A stretch of DNA of 64,000 nucleotides from Raja brachyura (Eukaryota): contig OY740783.1 in assembly GCA_963514005.1 (NCBI GenBank), positions 27,652,001 through 27,716,000 of the forward strand, in the 5' to 3' direction. Below are positions 51,957 to 62,481 of the stretch, in pieces (position 1 is the first letter of the stretch; every line of letters begins with the position of its first letter). The notes under the pieces are model-generated. The model saw nothing but the letters and a program-made list of their open reading frames with translations. It was not told where the DNA came from and searched no databases. The position numbers and the translations under genes are program-made.

Positions 51957-52245
51957 ACTTTAAACTTTAGAGATACAGCGTGGAAACAGGTCCTTTAGCC
52001 CACCGAGTCTTCACCAACCAGTGATCAGCCCATACACTATCAGTATCCTGCTCACTAGAAATAATTCACAATTTACAGAAGCCAGTAAACCCACAAACCT
52101 GTATGTCTTTGGAGTGTGGGAGGAAACCAGAGCACCTGGAGTAAACCCACTGGGTCACAAAAAGAAGGTACAAACTCTGTGCAGACCAGCATTCATAGTC
52201 AGGATCGAACCTGGGTCTCTGGCGCTGTAGTGCAGCAACACCACT
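51957..52245 (-). mobile_element. V-SINE (HE1-like)
   Basis: ctttagagatacagcgtggaaacagg tail; tttggagtgtgggaggaaaccagagcacc V-domain. Confidence 0.8.
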
Positions 52246-52495
52246 GCCTTCTGTGGCAGAGAATTCTACAGAGTTAATCTGTGGAATTCTCTACCACAGA
52301 AGGCAGTGGAGGCCAATTCACTGGATGTTTTCAAGAGAAAGTTAGATTTAGCTCTTAGGACTAACGGAATCAAGGGATATGGGGAAAAAGCAGGAACGGG
52401 GTACTGATTTTAGCCATGATATTGAATGGTGGTGCTGGCTCGAAGGGCTGAATGGCCTACTCGTGCACCTATTTTTCTATGTTTCTATGTTTCTA
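52241..52495 (+). mobile_element. CR1 3' tail with 5' fold-back
   Basis: 32-bp inverted arms 52241-52272 and 52278-52309; (TTTCTATG)n tail. Confidence 0.85.
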
Positions 52496-53459
52496 CTGCA
52501 GTGCCACTGTGCTGTCTTATTATGGATAGGCGATGTTTCAAGTTGGAACCCTTCATCAGACTGAAGAAAGGATCTGAAGAGGGATTCCAACCAAAAAAAA
52601 ATTTAAATGAGCATTCCGACCCAAAATGTTGCATATCTATGTTCTCCAGGGAGGTTGCCTCACCCATTGAATTACTCCTGAATGTTGTGACTATCTTAGG
52701 TATAAACCAGCATCTGTAATTCCTTGTTATTACCAGTATTTTAGTGTCTGCCTAAATACCTCTGAAATACAGTATTGTATCTGATTCCACCACCTCATCA
52801 GTCAGCATGCCGCAGGCATTAACCACACTCTTGGTTAAATCACTTTCCTCAAATCCCCTTTATGATTCATTCCTCTTAAATTAAGGATTAAACCTATGCC
52901 CTCTTGTTTTTGATAAAATGTATGAAGGTATGTTTCTTTAAAATAAACAATGTTAGTGAGACTGAAGGAGATGTCAATATCATGTCGGCACAAAGCAACG
53001 CATTTTTTAGGTATAAACGAGTGATATGCCTTTCAGAGATTGGATGAGATGCATAAGGCAAGTTGACAATTCTTCACATGCCACGCCAGCCTAAAAAAAA
53101 AAGCCTCATTTAAGGATGCTGTGTAGAATCTGTGCGATTACTTCAATCTGAAGCCATTAAAAATAATTGAAAGCAGTAAGATTGGGACAAGAAGCCAGAA
53201 GCAGAGTGAAGCAATTAACAAGTATGTTGTTTCATTAAAGAATTTATTCTTGCATGGCAACTTTGGTCTCTTTTTAGATCATGCCTTTCCTGATGGGTTT
53301 GTACAGATGAATAACCTCAGTCAAAGCTATGGAGCATGCAAAGCCTAATATTTGCATGCAAATTGGTTGTGTTGAAGGGGTGCTGAAGAATTTTGTCCAC
53401 TGCAGGTAACTGGTACAGCATGAGTCCACATGTGCTGTATCAGAGTCTGAATCTTACTA

Positions 53460-53760
53460 AAAGAACCACAAATGGTGGTTTACAAAAAACGACACAAAGT
53501 GCTGGAGTAACTCATGGATTAGGCAGCATCTCTCGAGAACATGGATCGGTGACGTTTCGGGTCGGGACTCTTCTTCAGACTGATTGTAATGGGGAGGGAG
53601 CAAGCTGGAAGAAAGATGAGGATGGGATAAAGTCTGGCAAGCGATAGATGGATACAGGTGAGAGGGGGATTTTGCTAGGCAGATGGTTGGGCAAAGGCCA
53701 GAGATGAAAAGACAAAAAGTGTGAGGTAGATTGACAAGATTAGAAGAGGCACTAAATGTG
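53460..53760 (-). mobile_element. Penelope-derived repeat with intact hammerhead-like core
   Basis: The - strand reads cagtCTGAAGAagagtcccgacccGAAACGTCacc (53548-53582). Confidence 0.75.
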
Positions 53761-56700
53761 AGGTCAAACAAATGAACAGGATGAAATCATACTCGACAAC
53801 GGTTCCCCACAAATATGTGTTCTCAGCCCCTTACTATATTCCACGTACAATCATAACTACACCTTAAATTCTCCTCTAACTCCATTTACAAATTTGCAGA
53901 TGACAACACTGTAATAGGCCAGATTTCAAAAAAATGGGGTGATAAATAACGGAAAGGAGATAGAGAACATAATAGCATGCTCTCAAGAGTCAAGGGTGCT
54001 TAACTCATATGGAACTATAAACATTTTACTTGCAGCCCGTAAACTCAGTACTCTTGGAAAACATGATAAATGTTAAAAAATCAATAAATTAAAACCGCCA
54101 ATATTATTGCAAAAACCATGGTCTGTAGAACTACCAAGATAGTGCATAATTTATAGTTTAGTTCATGTTTTATAGTGTTCAAGAGCCTGATGAATGTTGT
54201 CAGGTCAGGGATGTCGCTAAATGGCTGCAGAACATTCTGGAGGGGGAGGAGGAGGATGAACAGCCAGTTGTCAAGGTGCACATTGGCACCAACGATATAG
54301 GTAAAAAACGGGATGAGGTCCTACAAGGTGAATTTAGGGAGCTAGCAGATAAACTTAAAAGTAGGACCTCAAAGGTAATAATCTCTGGATTACTACCAGT
54401 GCCACGAGCTAGTCAGAGTAGAAATAGGAGGATATTGCAGATGAATATGTGGCTTGAAAAATGGTGCAAGGGGGAGGGATTCCAATATCTAGGGCATTGG
54501 AACCAGTTTTGGGGGAGGTGGGACCAGTACAAACAGGACCGATCCCACCTGGGCTGCAATGGGACCAATGTCTTTGGGGGAGGTGTTTGCTAGTGCTGTC
54601 GGGGAGCATTTAAACTAATGTGGCATGGGGGGGTGGGAGCATGAGCAGAGGGGTGTAAAATGAGGGTATAAGCAATAGGTAGCAAGGTGAAAAGTAAAAG
54701 TGGTAGGCAGACAAATCCAGGCAAAAATCAAAAAGGGCCACCTTTCAACATAATTGTGTAAGGGATAGGAGTGTTGTAAAAACAAGCCTGAAGGCTTTGA
54801 GTCTCAATGCAAGGAGCATTCGTAATAAGGTGGATGAGTTGAATGTGCAGATAGTTATTAATGAATATGATATAGTTGGGATCACGGAGACATGGCTCCA
54901 GGGTGACCAAGGCTGGGAGCTGAACATCCAGGGATATTCAATATTCAGGAGGGATAGACAGAAAGGAAAACGAGGTGGGGTAGCGTTGCTGGTTAGAGAG
55001 GAGATTAACGCAATAGGAAGGGAGGACATTAGTTTGGAGGATGTGGAATCGATATGGGAAGAGCCACGAAACACTAAGGGGCAGAAAACGTTAGTGGGAG
55101 TTGTGCACAGCCACTTAACAGCAGCAGTGGAGTTGAGGATGGCATCAAACAGGAAATTAGAAATGCGTGCAACAAAGGTAAAACAGTTATAATGGATGAC
55201 TTCAATCTACGTATAGATTAGGTGAATCATATTGGCAGGGGTGCTGAGGAAGAGGATTTCTTGGAATGTATGCGGGAAAGTTTTCTAAACCAACATGCAG
55301 AGGAACCAACGAGAGAGCAGGCTATTCTAGACTGGGTATTGAGTAATGAGGAGGGTTAGTTAACAGTCTTGTTGTGCGTGGCCCCTTTGGCAAGAGTGAC
55401 CATAATATGGTTGAGTTCTTCATTAGGATGGAGAGTGACATGGTTAATTCAGAAGAAATGTAACTTTGAGGGTATGAGACGTGAATTGGCCAAGATAGAC
55501 TGGCAATTGATTCTTAAAGGGTTGATGGTGGATATACAATGGAAAACATTTAAAGACTGCATGGATGAACTACAACAATTGTTCCGTGGATCTGTGGATA
55601 ACAAGGGAAATCAGGGATAGTATCAAAACAAAAGATGAAGCATACAAATTAGCCAGAAAAAGCAGCCTACCAGAGGACTGGGAGAAATTCAGAGTCCAGC
55701 AGAGGAGGACAAAGGGCTTAATTAGGAAAGGGAAAATAGATTATGAAAGAAAACTTGCAGGGAACATAAAAACTGACTGCAACATTTTTATAGATATGTG
55801 AAGAGAAAAATATTAGTTAAAAACAAATGTAGGTCCCTTGCAGTCAGAAACAGGTGAATTGATCATGGGGTACAAGGACATGGCAGACCAATTGAATAAC
55901 TACTTTGGTTCTGTCTTCACTAAGGAAGACATAAATAATCTGCCGGAAATAGCAGGGGACCGGGGGTCAAATGAGATGGAGGAACTGAGTGAAATCCAGG
56001 TTAGCCGGGAAGTGGTGTAAGGTAAATTGAATGGATCAAAGGCCGATAAATCCCCAGGGCCAGATAGGCTGCATCCCAGAGTGCTTAAGGAAGTAGCCCC
56101 AGAAATAGTGGATGCATCAGTGATAATTTTTCAAAACTCTGTAGACTCTGGAGAAGTTCCTGAGGATTGAAGGGAGGGAGGGAGAAAACGGGGAATTACA
56201 GACCAGTTAGTCTAACATCGGTAGTGGGGAAACTGCTAGAGTCAGTTATTAAAGATGGGATAGCAGCACATTTGGAAAGTGGTGAAATCATTGGACAAAG
56301 TCAGCATGGATTTATGAAAGGTAAATCATGTCTGACGAATCTTATAGAATTTTTCGAGTATGTAACTAGTAGAGTGGATGAGGGAGAACCTGTGGATGTG
56401 TTATATCTGGACTTTCAGAAGGCTTTCGACAAGGTCCCACATAAGAAATTAGTATGCAAACTTAAAGCACATGGTATTGGGGGTTCAATATTGATGTGGA
56501 TAGAGAACTAGCTGGCAGACAGGAAGCAAAGAGTAGGAATAAACGGGTCCTTTTCAGAATGGCAGGCAGTGACTAGTGGGGTACCGCAAGGCTCAGTGCT
56601 GGGACCCCAGCTATTTACAATATATATTAATGAACTGGATGAGGGAATTGAATGCAACATCTCCAAGTTTGCGGATGACACGAAGCTGGGGGGCAGTGTT

Positions 56701-57409
56701 AGCTGTGAGGAGGATGCTAGGAGGCTGCAAGGTGACTTGGATAGGTTGGGTGAATGGGCAAATGCATGGCAGATGCAGTATGTGGATAAATGTGAGGTTA
56801 TCCACTTTGGTGGCAAAAACAGGAAAGTAGACTTTTATCTGAATGGCTGCCGATTAGGAAAAGGGGAGATGCAATGAGACCTGGGTGTCATGGTACACCA
56901 GTCATTGAAAGTAGGCATGCAGGTGCAGCAGGCAGTGAAGAAAGCGAATGGCATGTTAGCATTCATAGCAAAAGGATTTGAGTATAAGAGCAGGGAGGTT
57001 CTATTGCAGTTGTACAGGGTCTTGGTGAGACCACACCAGGAGTATTGCGTACAGTTTTGATCTCCTAATCTGAGGAAAGACATTCTTGCCTTATAGGGAG
57101 TACCGAGAACGTTCACCAGACTGATTCCTGGGATGGCAGGACTTTCAGATCAAGAAAGACTGGATAGACTTGGCATGTACCCGCTAGAATTTAGAAGATT
57201 AAGGGGGGATCTTATAGAAACTTACAAAATTCTCAAGGGATTGGACAGGCTATATGCAGGAATATTGTTCCTGATGTTGGGGAAGTCCAGAACAAGGGGT
57301 CACAGTTTAAGGATAAGGGGGAAGTCTTTTAGGACTGAGATGAGAAAAACATTTTTCACACAGAGAGTGGTGAATCTGTGGAATTTCATTTCGGAGTCAC
57401 GTGAGTGAC

Positions 57410-57445
57410 TTCGTGAAGAGCCCGCCGGCGCGCATGCTCGACATA
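57410..57445 (+). repeat. Left inverted terminal repeat of DIRS copy 2
   Basis: ttcgtgaagagcccgccggcgcgcatgctcgacata is the exact reverse complement of 62595-62630. Confidence 0.95.
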
Positions 57446-57561
57446 TCGTCGTAACGCGTTGCTGCGACGGCTGGCGGTGGAGCGCGCTCCTCGCCAGCCC
57501 TTCATAAGGGGCCACGGAGGTAAGTATTCTACCTTCAGTTGGTGGTCCTTGTTGTCTGATT

Positions 57562-59319
57562 ATGTCTTGCAGCAAGGACATGGATGGGATTTCGAAGGGC
57601 CGGAGGACGTCAGGACGAGTTCGCCGGTCAACAGTTCCGGGGACTTTACCATCGGCAGTACCTGCAGCACAGGCCGGGACTCAGGAAGAGATGTGGGTAA
57701 GCCCTGTGATTACAGGTCCAGATCCGCCAGCACACCACAGCTCGGAGGTGTTCGACGAGGAGGAGTGTGGTGTGCCGCCAGAGCAGGGGGACCCTGCCAT
57801 GGCAGTCAGGTCGTCAGCGGGCTCGCTGGCGACCTCGAGCAGGGCACGTGCCGTTGCACGGCCTGTTCCACTCAGCCCTCCGAGAAGGGGGAGGGCAGGA
57901 GCCCAGAAGCCTAACCCTGTTAGGGCTAAGGCATTGCCTGCCGCGGAGGAGCGGTCAGGTTCCAGGGCGAGACCCGGGGCGGCTGTGAGGTCCAGCCGGC
58001 ACACCCCGACTCTCGAGGCCGGGACGGGTCGGTCGAGTCGGGTCTCATCACGGTCGCCGAGCCCCCCATGGATGGGTGGGCGAGACCATGCGTCGGCAAG
58101 GTCCACGATGTGGGCAGCCGGCAAGACTGCGCGGGCCCCAGGCAGCCATGCTTCGGCTGGTGCTGACACCTCGCCGCAAGTGCCCTTAGTGGCAGCGGCT
58201 TCAGCTCCCGCTAAACGGAGGCGGTTGAACACGCCCGCACAGGAATCGCGCAGTTTCGCCTCGGCGGCTGTTAGCGACAACTACCGGCACCGGCAGGGCC
58301 TCGACGAGGTGCGGGCCGATGACAGGAGCCCGGTTTTCTTTTCAGAGCCGGAGGACTCCGACCACCTGAGTGTTCAGGGTGAAGGGCGTATTGACCGTAT
58401 GGAGCGGCTGCTGGAGCTCCTGCTTCAACGTCAACAACAGCAGGGCAGCAACAGGCACAGGGCGTCTTCACCAACATCTACTATCAGCCTGGAGCAGCAG
58501 GAGGAGGAGGTTCTGGTGGATCCCGTACCACCTCCGTTGGAGGTGCCAGCGGAGGAACTCTTGGATGTGGCGACCAAATTCGCGGCCCCACATACGGCTG
58601 GTCTTCCTCTAAATACAAAGCTGGCAGCCACAGTGGACTTTCTTAATAATCAGGTGCTGCAGGAAGAAGTCCTCATCCAGGCTATGAGCCGTCACAAGGC
58701 TCCATCAAACTGCAACTCCCTCAACGTGCCTGTGGTCAATACGCCAATATGGGGCAATATTAGTGCGGCTATCCGTCAACAGGAGCTAAAATTGCAGCGG
58801 ATCCTGAAACTCCTCACGGCCGGTATTACCGCCTTTGCGCGGTCGGTGGACGGGGACGAACTGAATTTGGACCAGGAAGATGCTCTGGCCTTATTGTGCG
58901 CGACCCAGCACGAAATCAACGGGTTTCGCAAAAACAGCATCCGCCCAGCACTCAACCCGAAGTTTGCAGGATTGTGCAAACCACCGCCGCCGCCGCCGCC
59001 CCGTCAGCTCTTTGGTGAGGACCTCTCGAAGAGAGTCAAAGAGCTTGACGAACAAGCCAAAACGGTGGGGATCATGCACTCTCAGAGTGCCCCCATACCG
59101 TCAGGCTCAAAAGCTCCATACATTCGCTCACGAGGGTCGGCCGGTGCCTCGACGAGGACTCGCCCTCTAGCTCCACAACGACAACAGCACCAGAACCAGC
59201 ACCAAGGGTCTTTTTTAGGACAGGGTCGGCAGAGAACTTTGTGGAAATCGAAGACGCCGCGCCCTCAAGCCAACCCAGCACCTCCACGGCCACCCACACG
59301 TGTCAAGGACCGCCGGTAA
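57562..59319 (+). CDS. DIRS gag/ORF1
   Basis: 585-aa ORF with a low-complexity R/S/P/A-rich N-terminus and a PSNCNSLNVPVVNTPIW...LFGEDL region; first ORF after the ITR. Confidence 0.85.
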   Translation: MSCSKDMDGISKGRRTSGRVRRSTVPGTLPSAVPAAQAGTQEEMWVSPVITGPDPPAHHSSEVFDEEECGVPPEQGDPAMAVRSSAGSLATSSRARAVARPVPLSPPRRGRAGAQKPNPVRAKALPAAEERSGSRARPGAAVRSSRHTPTLEAGTGRSSRVSSRSPSPPWMGGRDHASARSTMWAAGKTARAPGSHASAGADTSPQVPLVAAASAPAKRRRLNTPAQESRSFASAAVSDNYRHRQGLDEVRADDRSPVFFSEPEDSDHLSVQGEGRIDRMERLLELLLQRQQQQGSNRHRASSPTSTISLEQQEEEVLVDPVPPPLEVPAEELLDVATKFAAPHTAGLPLNTKLAATVDFLNNQVLQEEVLIQAMSRHKAPSNCNSLNVPVVNTPIWGNISAAIRQQELKLQRILKLLTAGITAFARSVDGDELNLDQEDALALLCATQHEINGFRKNSIRPALNPKFAGLCKPPPPPPPRQLFGEDLSKRVKELDEQAKTVGIMHSQSAPIPSGSKAPYIRSRGSAGASTRTRPLAPQRQQHQNQHQGSFLGQGRQRTLWKSKTPRPQANPAPPRPPTRVKDRR

Positions 59320-61250
59320 CCACGGAGGTGAGGGGGTCTGGTTCTCTTTTTTCTCTCTGTTTAACTTCCCATGTTGGTGGTCGTTTACGGTTGTTTTTGG
59401 ATGCATGGGGTAATTTTACTGGTGATGAGTATGTGTTGCGGAATATTCAGGGGCATAAAATTGAGTTTATTAATGGCGACATTCCTCCATCCCAGCACAT
59501 GCCTGGTCGTACGTTCAAATTGTCTGCTGCAGAACAGGCAGCAGGTTATAAGGAAATTTTAAGTCTGGAACAGAAGGGTGTGATTGAGAAAACGGTGCAT
59601 GAGCCAATTGAATTTGTTTCGAACATATTTACTAGACCTAAGAAGGATGGAGGCTGTCGTGTCATTATTGATCTAACCCGTTTGAATACGTTTGTAACAT
59701 ATACTCATTTTAAAATGGATACGTTTGAAACAGCCAAATCACTGATTTCTCATGGCTGCTTTATGGCATGCATTGATTTGAGGGATGCATATTATTCAGT
59801 ATCCATCCAGAAATATGATAGAAGGTTTTTGAAATTTATCTGGATGGGGCAACTTTGGCAGTATAAGGCTTTGCCTAATGGGCTCACTACAGCCCCTAGA
59901 TTGTTCACTAAATTGGTGAAGCCAATCATGGCTTATTTGAGACAACGACATCATATAGTTATGGCCTATTTAGATGATGTCTTTATTGTGGGCCACACCC
60001 TGCAATTGGCTGAACAGGGTGTTGCAGCTGCTGTCAATATATTTCAACAATTAGGATTCATTGTCCATCCAGAGAAATCGAAGTTCTGCCCTGCCCAGGT
60101 AATTAATTACCTAGGGTTCACGGTGAACTCAATGAGCATGAGGATAACTATACCAATTAACAAAATTGAGGAAGTCACTAAGGTGTGCAGAGATTTAATT
60201 GGCACCAATATACCATCGATTCGGCATACAGCCACAGTAATTGGCAAGCTAGTGGCTTTGTTTCCGGCAGCACGATATGGACCTTTGCATTATCAGAATT
60301 TGCAAAGAGCTAAAATTACTGCGTTAAAACGGAACGCTGGTCATTACGATCGATCAATGCAGCTGCCGTCCAAAGCGATAACTGAGTTGCAATGGTGGGT
60401 GTGTCACATTAGCAACTCATTTAAGCCTGTCAGGGAGGCTAATCCGGTGGTATATTTACAGACTGATGCAAGCTCCAATGGCTGGGGAGCTACTGATAAT
60501 TGCTCTAGTTGTGGGGGCAGATGGTACACCCTTGAGGCATCGATGTTGTTGACTCAAGGGATTAACTATTTGGAGTTGCTGGCAGCATTCCACGGACTTC
60601 GTGCATATTGTTCCAAGCTTGTTGGAGCACACGTCCGTCTCCAAATAGACAACACCACAGCTGTGGCATATTTAAACCATATGGGTGGTACCAGGTCAGT
60701 TTCGTGTGACAAATTGGCTAACTCAATTTGGCTCTGGTGTATTCAAAGAGACATTTGGATTTCAGCTACCTATTTGCCAGGTGAGCTTAATACTGTGGCG
60801 GACACCAGGTCACGCAAATTTAATGACAACATTGAATGGATGTTGCATCCTGAGATTTTTTCTAAAGTCACAGCCAAATTTGGTAAACCGGACATTGACC
60901 TTTTTGCGTCACGGTTGAACCATCAGGTACCAGCCTACGTTTCATGGGAACCAGATCCTGGGGCAATAGCGCTAGATGCATTCTCGCTGGACTGGGGGAA
61001 TTGGTTTTTCTATGCCTTCCCTCCGTTTTGCCTCATCAGTCGGGTATTGCGAAAGATTCAGGCAGATGCTGCCAAGGGCATCCTTATTATACCCGACTGG
61101 CCCACACAGCCTTGGTATCCGGCGGTCTTTGACATGCTCAACGAACCTTGGGTCCTTTTGAAGGGTTGCCCACAATTGGTTACTCACCCTGTCTCAGGGG
61201 AGCCACATCCCTGCCATGGCTATTTAAATTTGTTGGCTTGCAGGTTCTGA
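59241..61250 (+). CDS. DIRS pol: RT + RNase H + adenine-methyltransferase-like domain
   Basis: 669-aa open frame with YLDD, TDAS, ELLA, DNTTA and DLFAS/YAFPPF. True start uncertain (frame opens with GTG; first ATG ~59499). Confidence 0.95.
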   Translation: MEIEDAAPSSQPSTSTATHTCQGPPVTTEVRGSGSLFSLCLTSHVGGRLRLFLDAWGNFTGDEYVLRNIQGHKIEFINGDIPPSQHMPGRTFKLSAAEQAAGYKEILSLEQKGVIEKTVHEPIEFVSNIFTRPKKDGGCRVIIDLTRLNTFVTYTHFKMDTFETAKSLISHGCFMACIDLRDAYYSVSIQKYDRRFLKFIWMGQLWQYKALPNGLTTAPRLFTKLVKPIMAYLRQRHHIVMAYLDDVFIVGHTLQLAEQGVAAAVNIFQQLGFIVHPEKSKFCPAQVINYLGFTVNSMSMRITIPINKIEEVTKVCRDLIGTNIPSIRHTATVIGKLVALFPAARYGPLHYQNLQRAKITALKRNAGHYDRSMQLPSKAITELQWWVCHISNSFKPVREANPVVYLQTDASSNGWGATDNCSSCGGRWYTLEASMLLTQGINYLELLAAFHGLRAYCSKLVGAHVRLQIDNTTAVAYLNHMGGTRSVSCDKLANSIWLWCIQRDIWISATYLPGELNTVADTRSRKFNDNIEWMLHPEIFSKVTAKFGKPDIDLFASRLNHQVPAYVSWEPDPGAIALDAFSLDWGNWFFYAFPPFCLISRVLRKIQADAAKGILIIPDWPTQPWYPAVFDMLNEPWVLLKGCPQLVTHPVSGEPHPCHGYLNLLACRF

Positions 61251-62227
61251 ACAGGCCGTTAGTCCAATACGGCCTCTCGGCTCGGACCATGGATACCATC
61301 GGGGCGTCGTGTCGAGAGTCCACAAGGCGAAGATACCGCTCGCATATTAAGAAGTGGGAAGCCTACTGCAGCCGCTCTCGCATCACGTACGATGACGTGA
61401 CAATAACCGACGTCCTGGAATTCCTCGCGGGGTTGCACCATGATGAACACTTAAGTTACAGTGCCATCAACAGCGCCAGAAGTGCGCTATCATTCTACCT
61501 CAAGATTGGGGTAGGATCCAACAGGCTAGTGTCCAGACTCATGCGGGGTATATTCAATATGAATCCGCCTACACCACGCTATAATATCACCTGGGATGTC
61601 AGGGACGTATTAACCATGCTCAGGACGTGGTCTCCCATGGAAGGGCTCCAACTGGACCAACTCACCATGAAGCTGGTGATGTTACTAGCGCTGACTTCCG
61701 CTCAGAGGGTACAGACACTACACAAACTTCGTGTCGACAGAATGACATCTACCCCTACAGAAGTAGTCTTTTTCATTGACGAGCTACTAAAGCAGCATAG
61801 ACCTGGGTGCACAGGGCTGCAGCTGAAGTTCCTGGCATACCCCGCAGATGCTAGGCTATGTTTAGCCTCACATATCCGCCACTATGTCAAGGTGACGGCA
61901 CGCATCAGAGGAATGGAGAGATACCTGCTTGTCACTCATAAGAGACCTCATCATCGAGTGACAGTCCAGACGATATCCAGGTGGCTTCGAGTCGTCTTGG
62001 GTAAGTCAGGTATCGACATTAATGTGTTCAAGTCTCATTCCACCAGGGCTGCATCGACGTCAGCGGCGAGGGTCATGGAGGTGCCCATGGACCAAATTCT
62101 CGCCACAGCAGGATGGGCGAATGAAGCTGTGTTCCAGCGTTTTTATAACAAGCCTGTTGCTGCTCCTCTACAGTTCGCAGAAGCCGTGCTGAATGCAGGT
62201 CAAGAACGTGGAGATGTCCCTGCATGA
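61148..62227 (+). CDS. DIRS tyrosine recombinase (lambda integrase family)
   Basis: SAM-like N-terminal domain (YSAINSARSALS) and catalytic set SAQR...LK...HSTR...AGW...FY; first ATG at 61289. Confidence 0.95.
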   Translation: MGPFEGLPTIGYSPCLRGATSLPWLFKFVGLQVLNRPLVQYGLSARTMDTIGASCRESTRRRYRSHIKKWEAYCSRSRITYDDVTITDVLEFLAGLHHDEHLSYSAINSARSALSFYLKIGVGSNRLVSRLMRGIFNMNPPTPRYNITWDVRDVLTMLRTWSPMEGLQLDQLTMKLVMLLALTSAQRVQTLHKLRVDRMTSTPTEVVFFIDELLKQHRPGCTGLQLKFLAYPADARLCLASHIRHYVKVTARIRGMERYLLVTHKRPHHRVTVQTISRWLRVVLGKSGIDINVFKSHSTRAASTSAARVMEVPMDQILATAGWANEAVFQRFYNKPVAAPLQFAEAVLNAGQERGDVPA

Positions 62228-62368
62228 GGGGTTTTGATTTGTTATTAATAAATATGCTCTTGTTTTGCAGTATGAACTATTGAGCAAGTTTGTTCCTCCC
62301 ATCCATCCCTGGTAGTGGTGTGTCAGCATGGACGTGGTCCAGGGCGTGTAATCACAGAAGCTTTGAAG

Positions 62369-62481
62369 TCTTCACGAAGTCACTCACGTGACTCCGAAAT
62401 GAAATAGTAAGATTGAACGAGAACTTACCAGTTCGAAGGTTGATCTTTATTTTATGAGGAGTCGAAGTGAGGGATTTCGTG
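62369..62481 (+). repeat. Internal complementary region (ICR)
   Basis: Reverse complement of the element's 5' end joined through AAT (62403-62405) to the reverse complement of its 3' end, i.e. the circle junction cttactATTtcatttc. Confidence 0.95.

Noticed and set aside
57681-58280. 199-aa antisense ORF present in both DIRS copies (also 9825-10424), and the 151-aa overlapping ORF 57459-57914
   Set aside because: GC-rich gag sequence has few stops, and the copies are too similar for shared openness to imply selection; no recognisable motifs.
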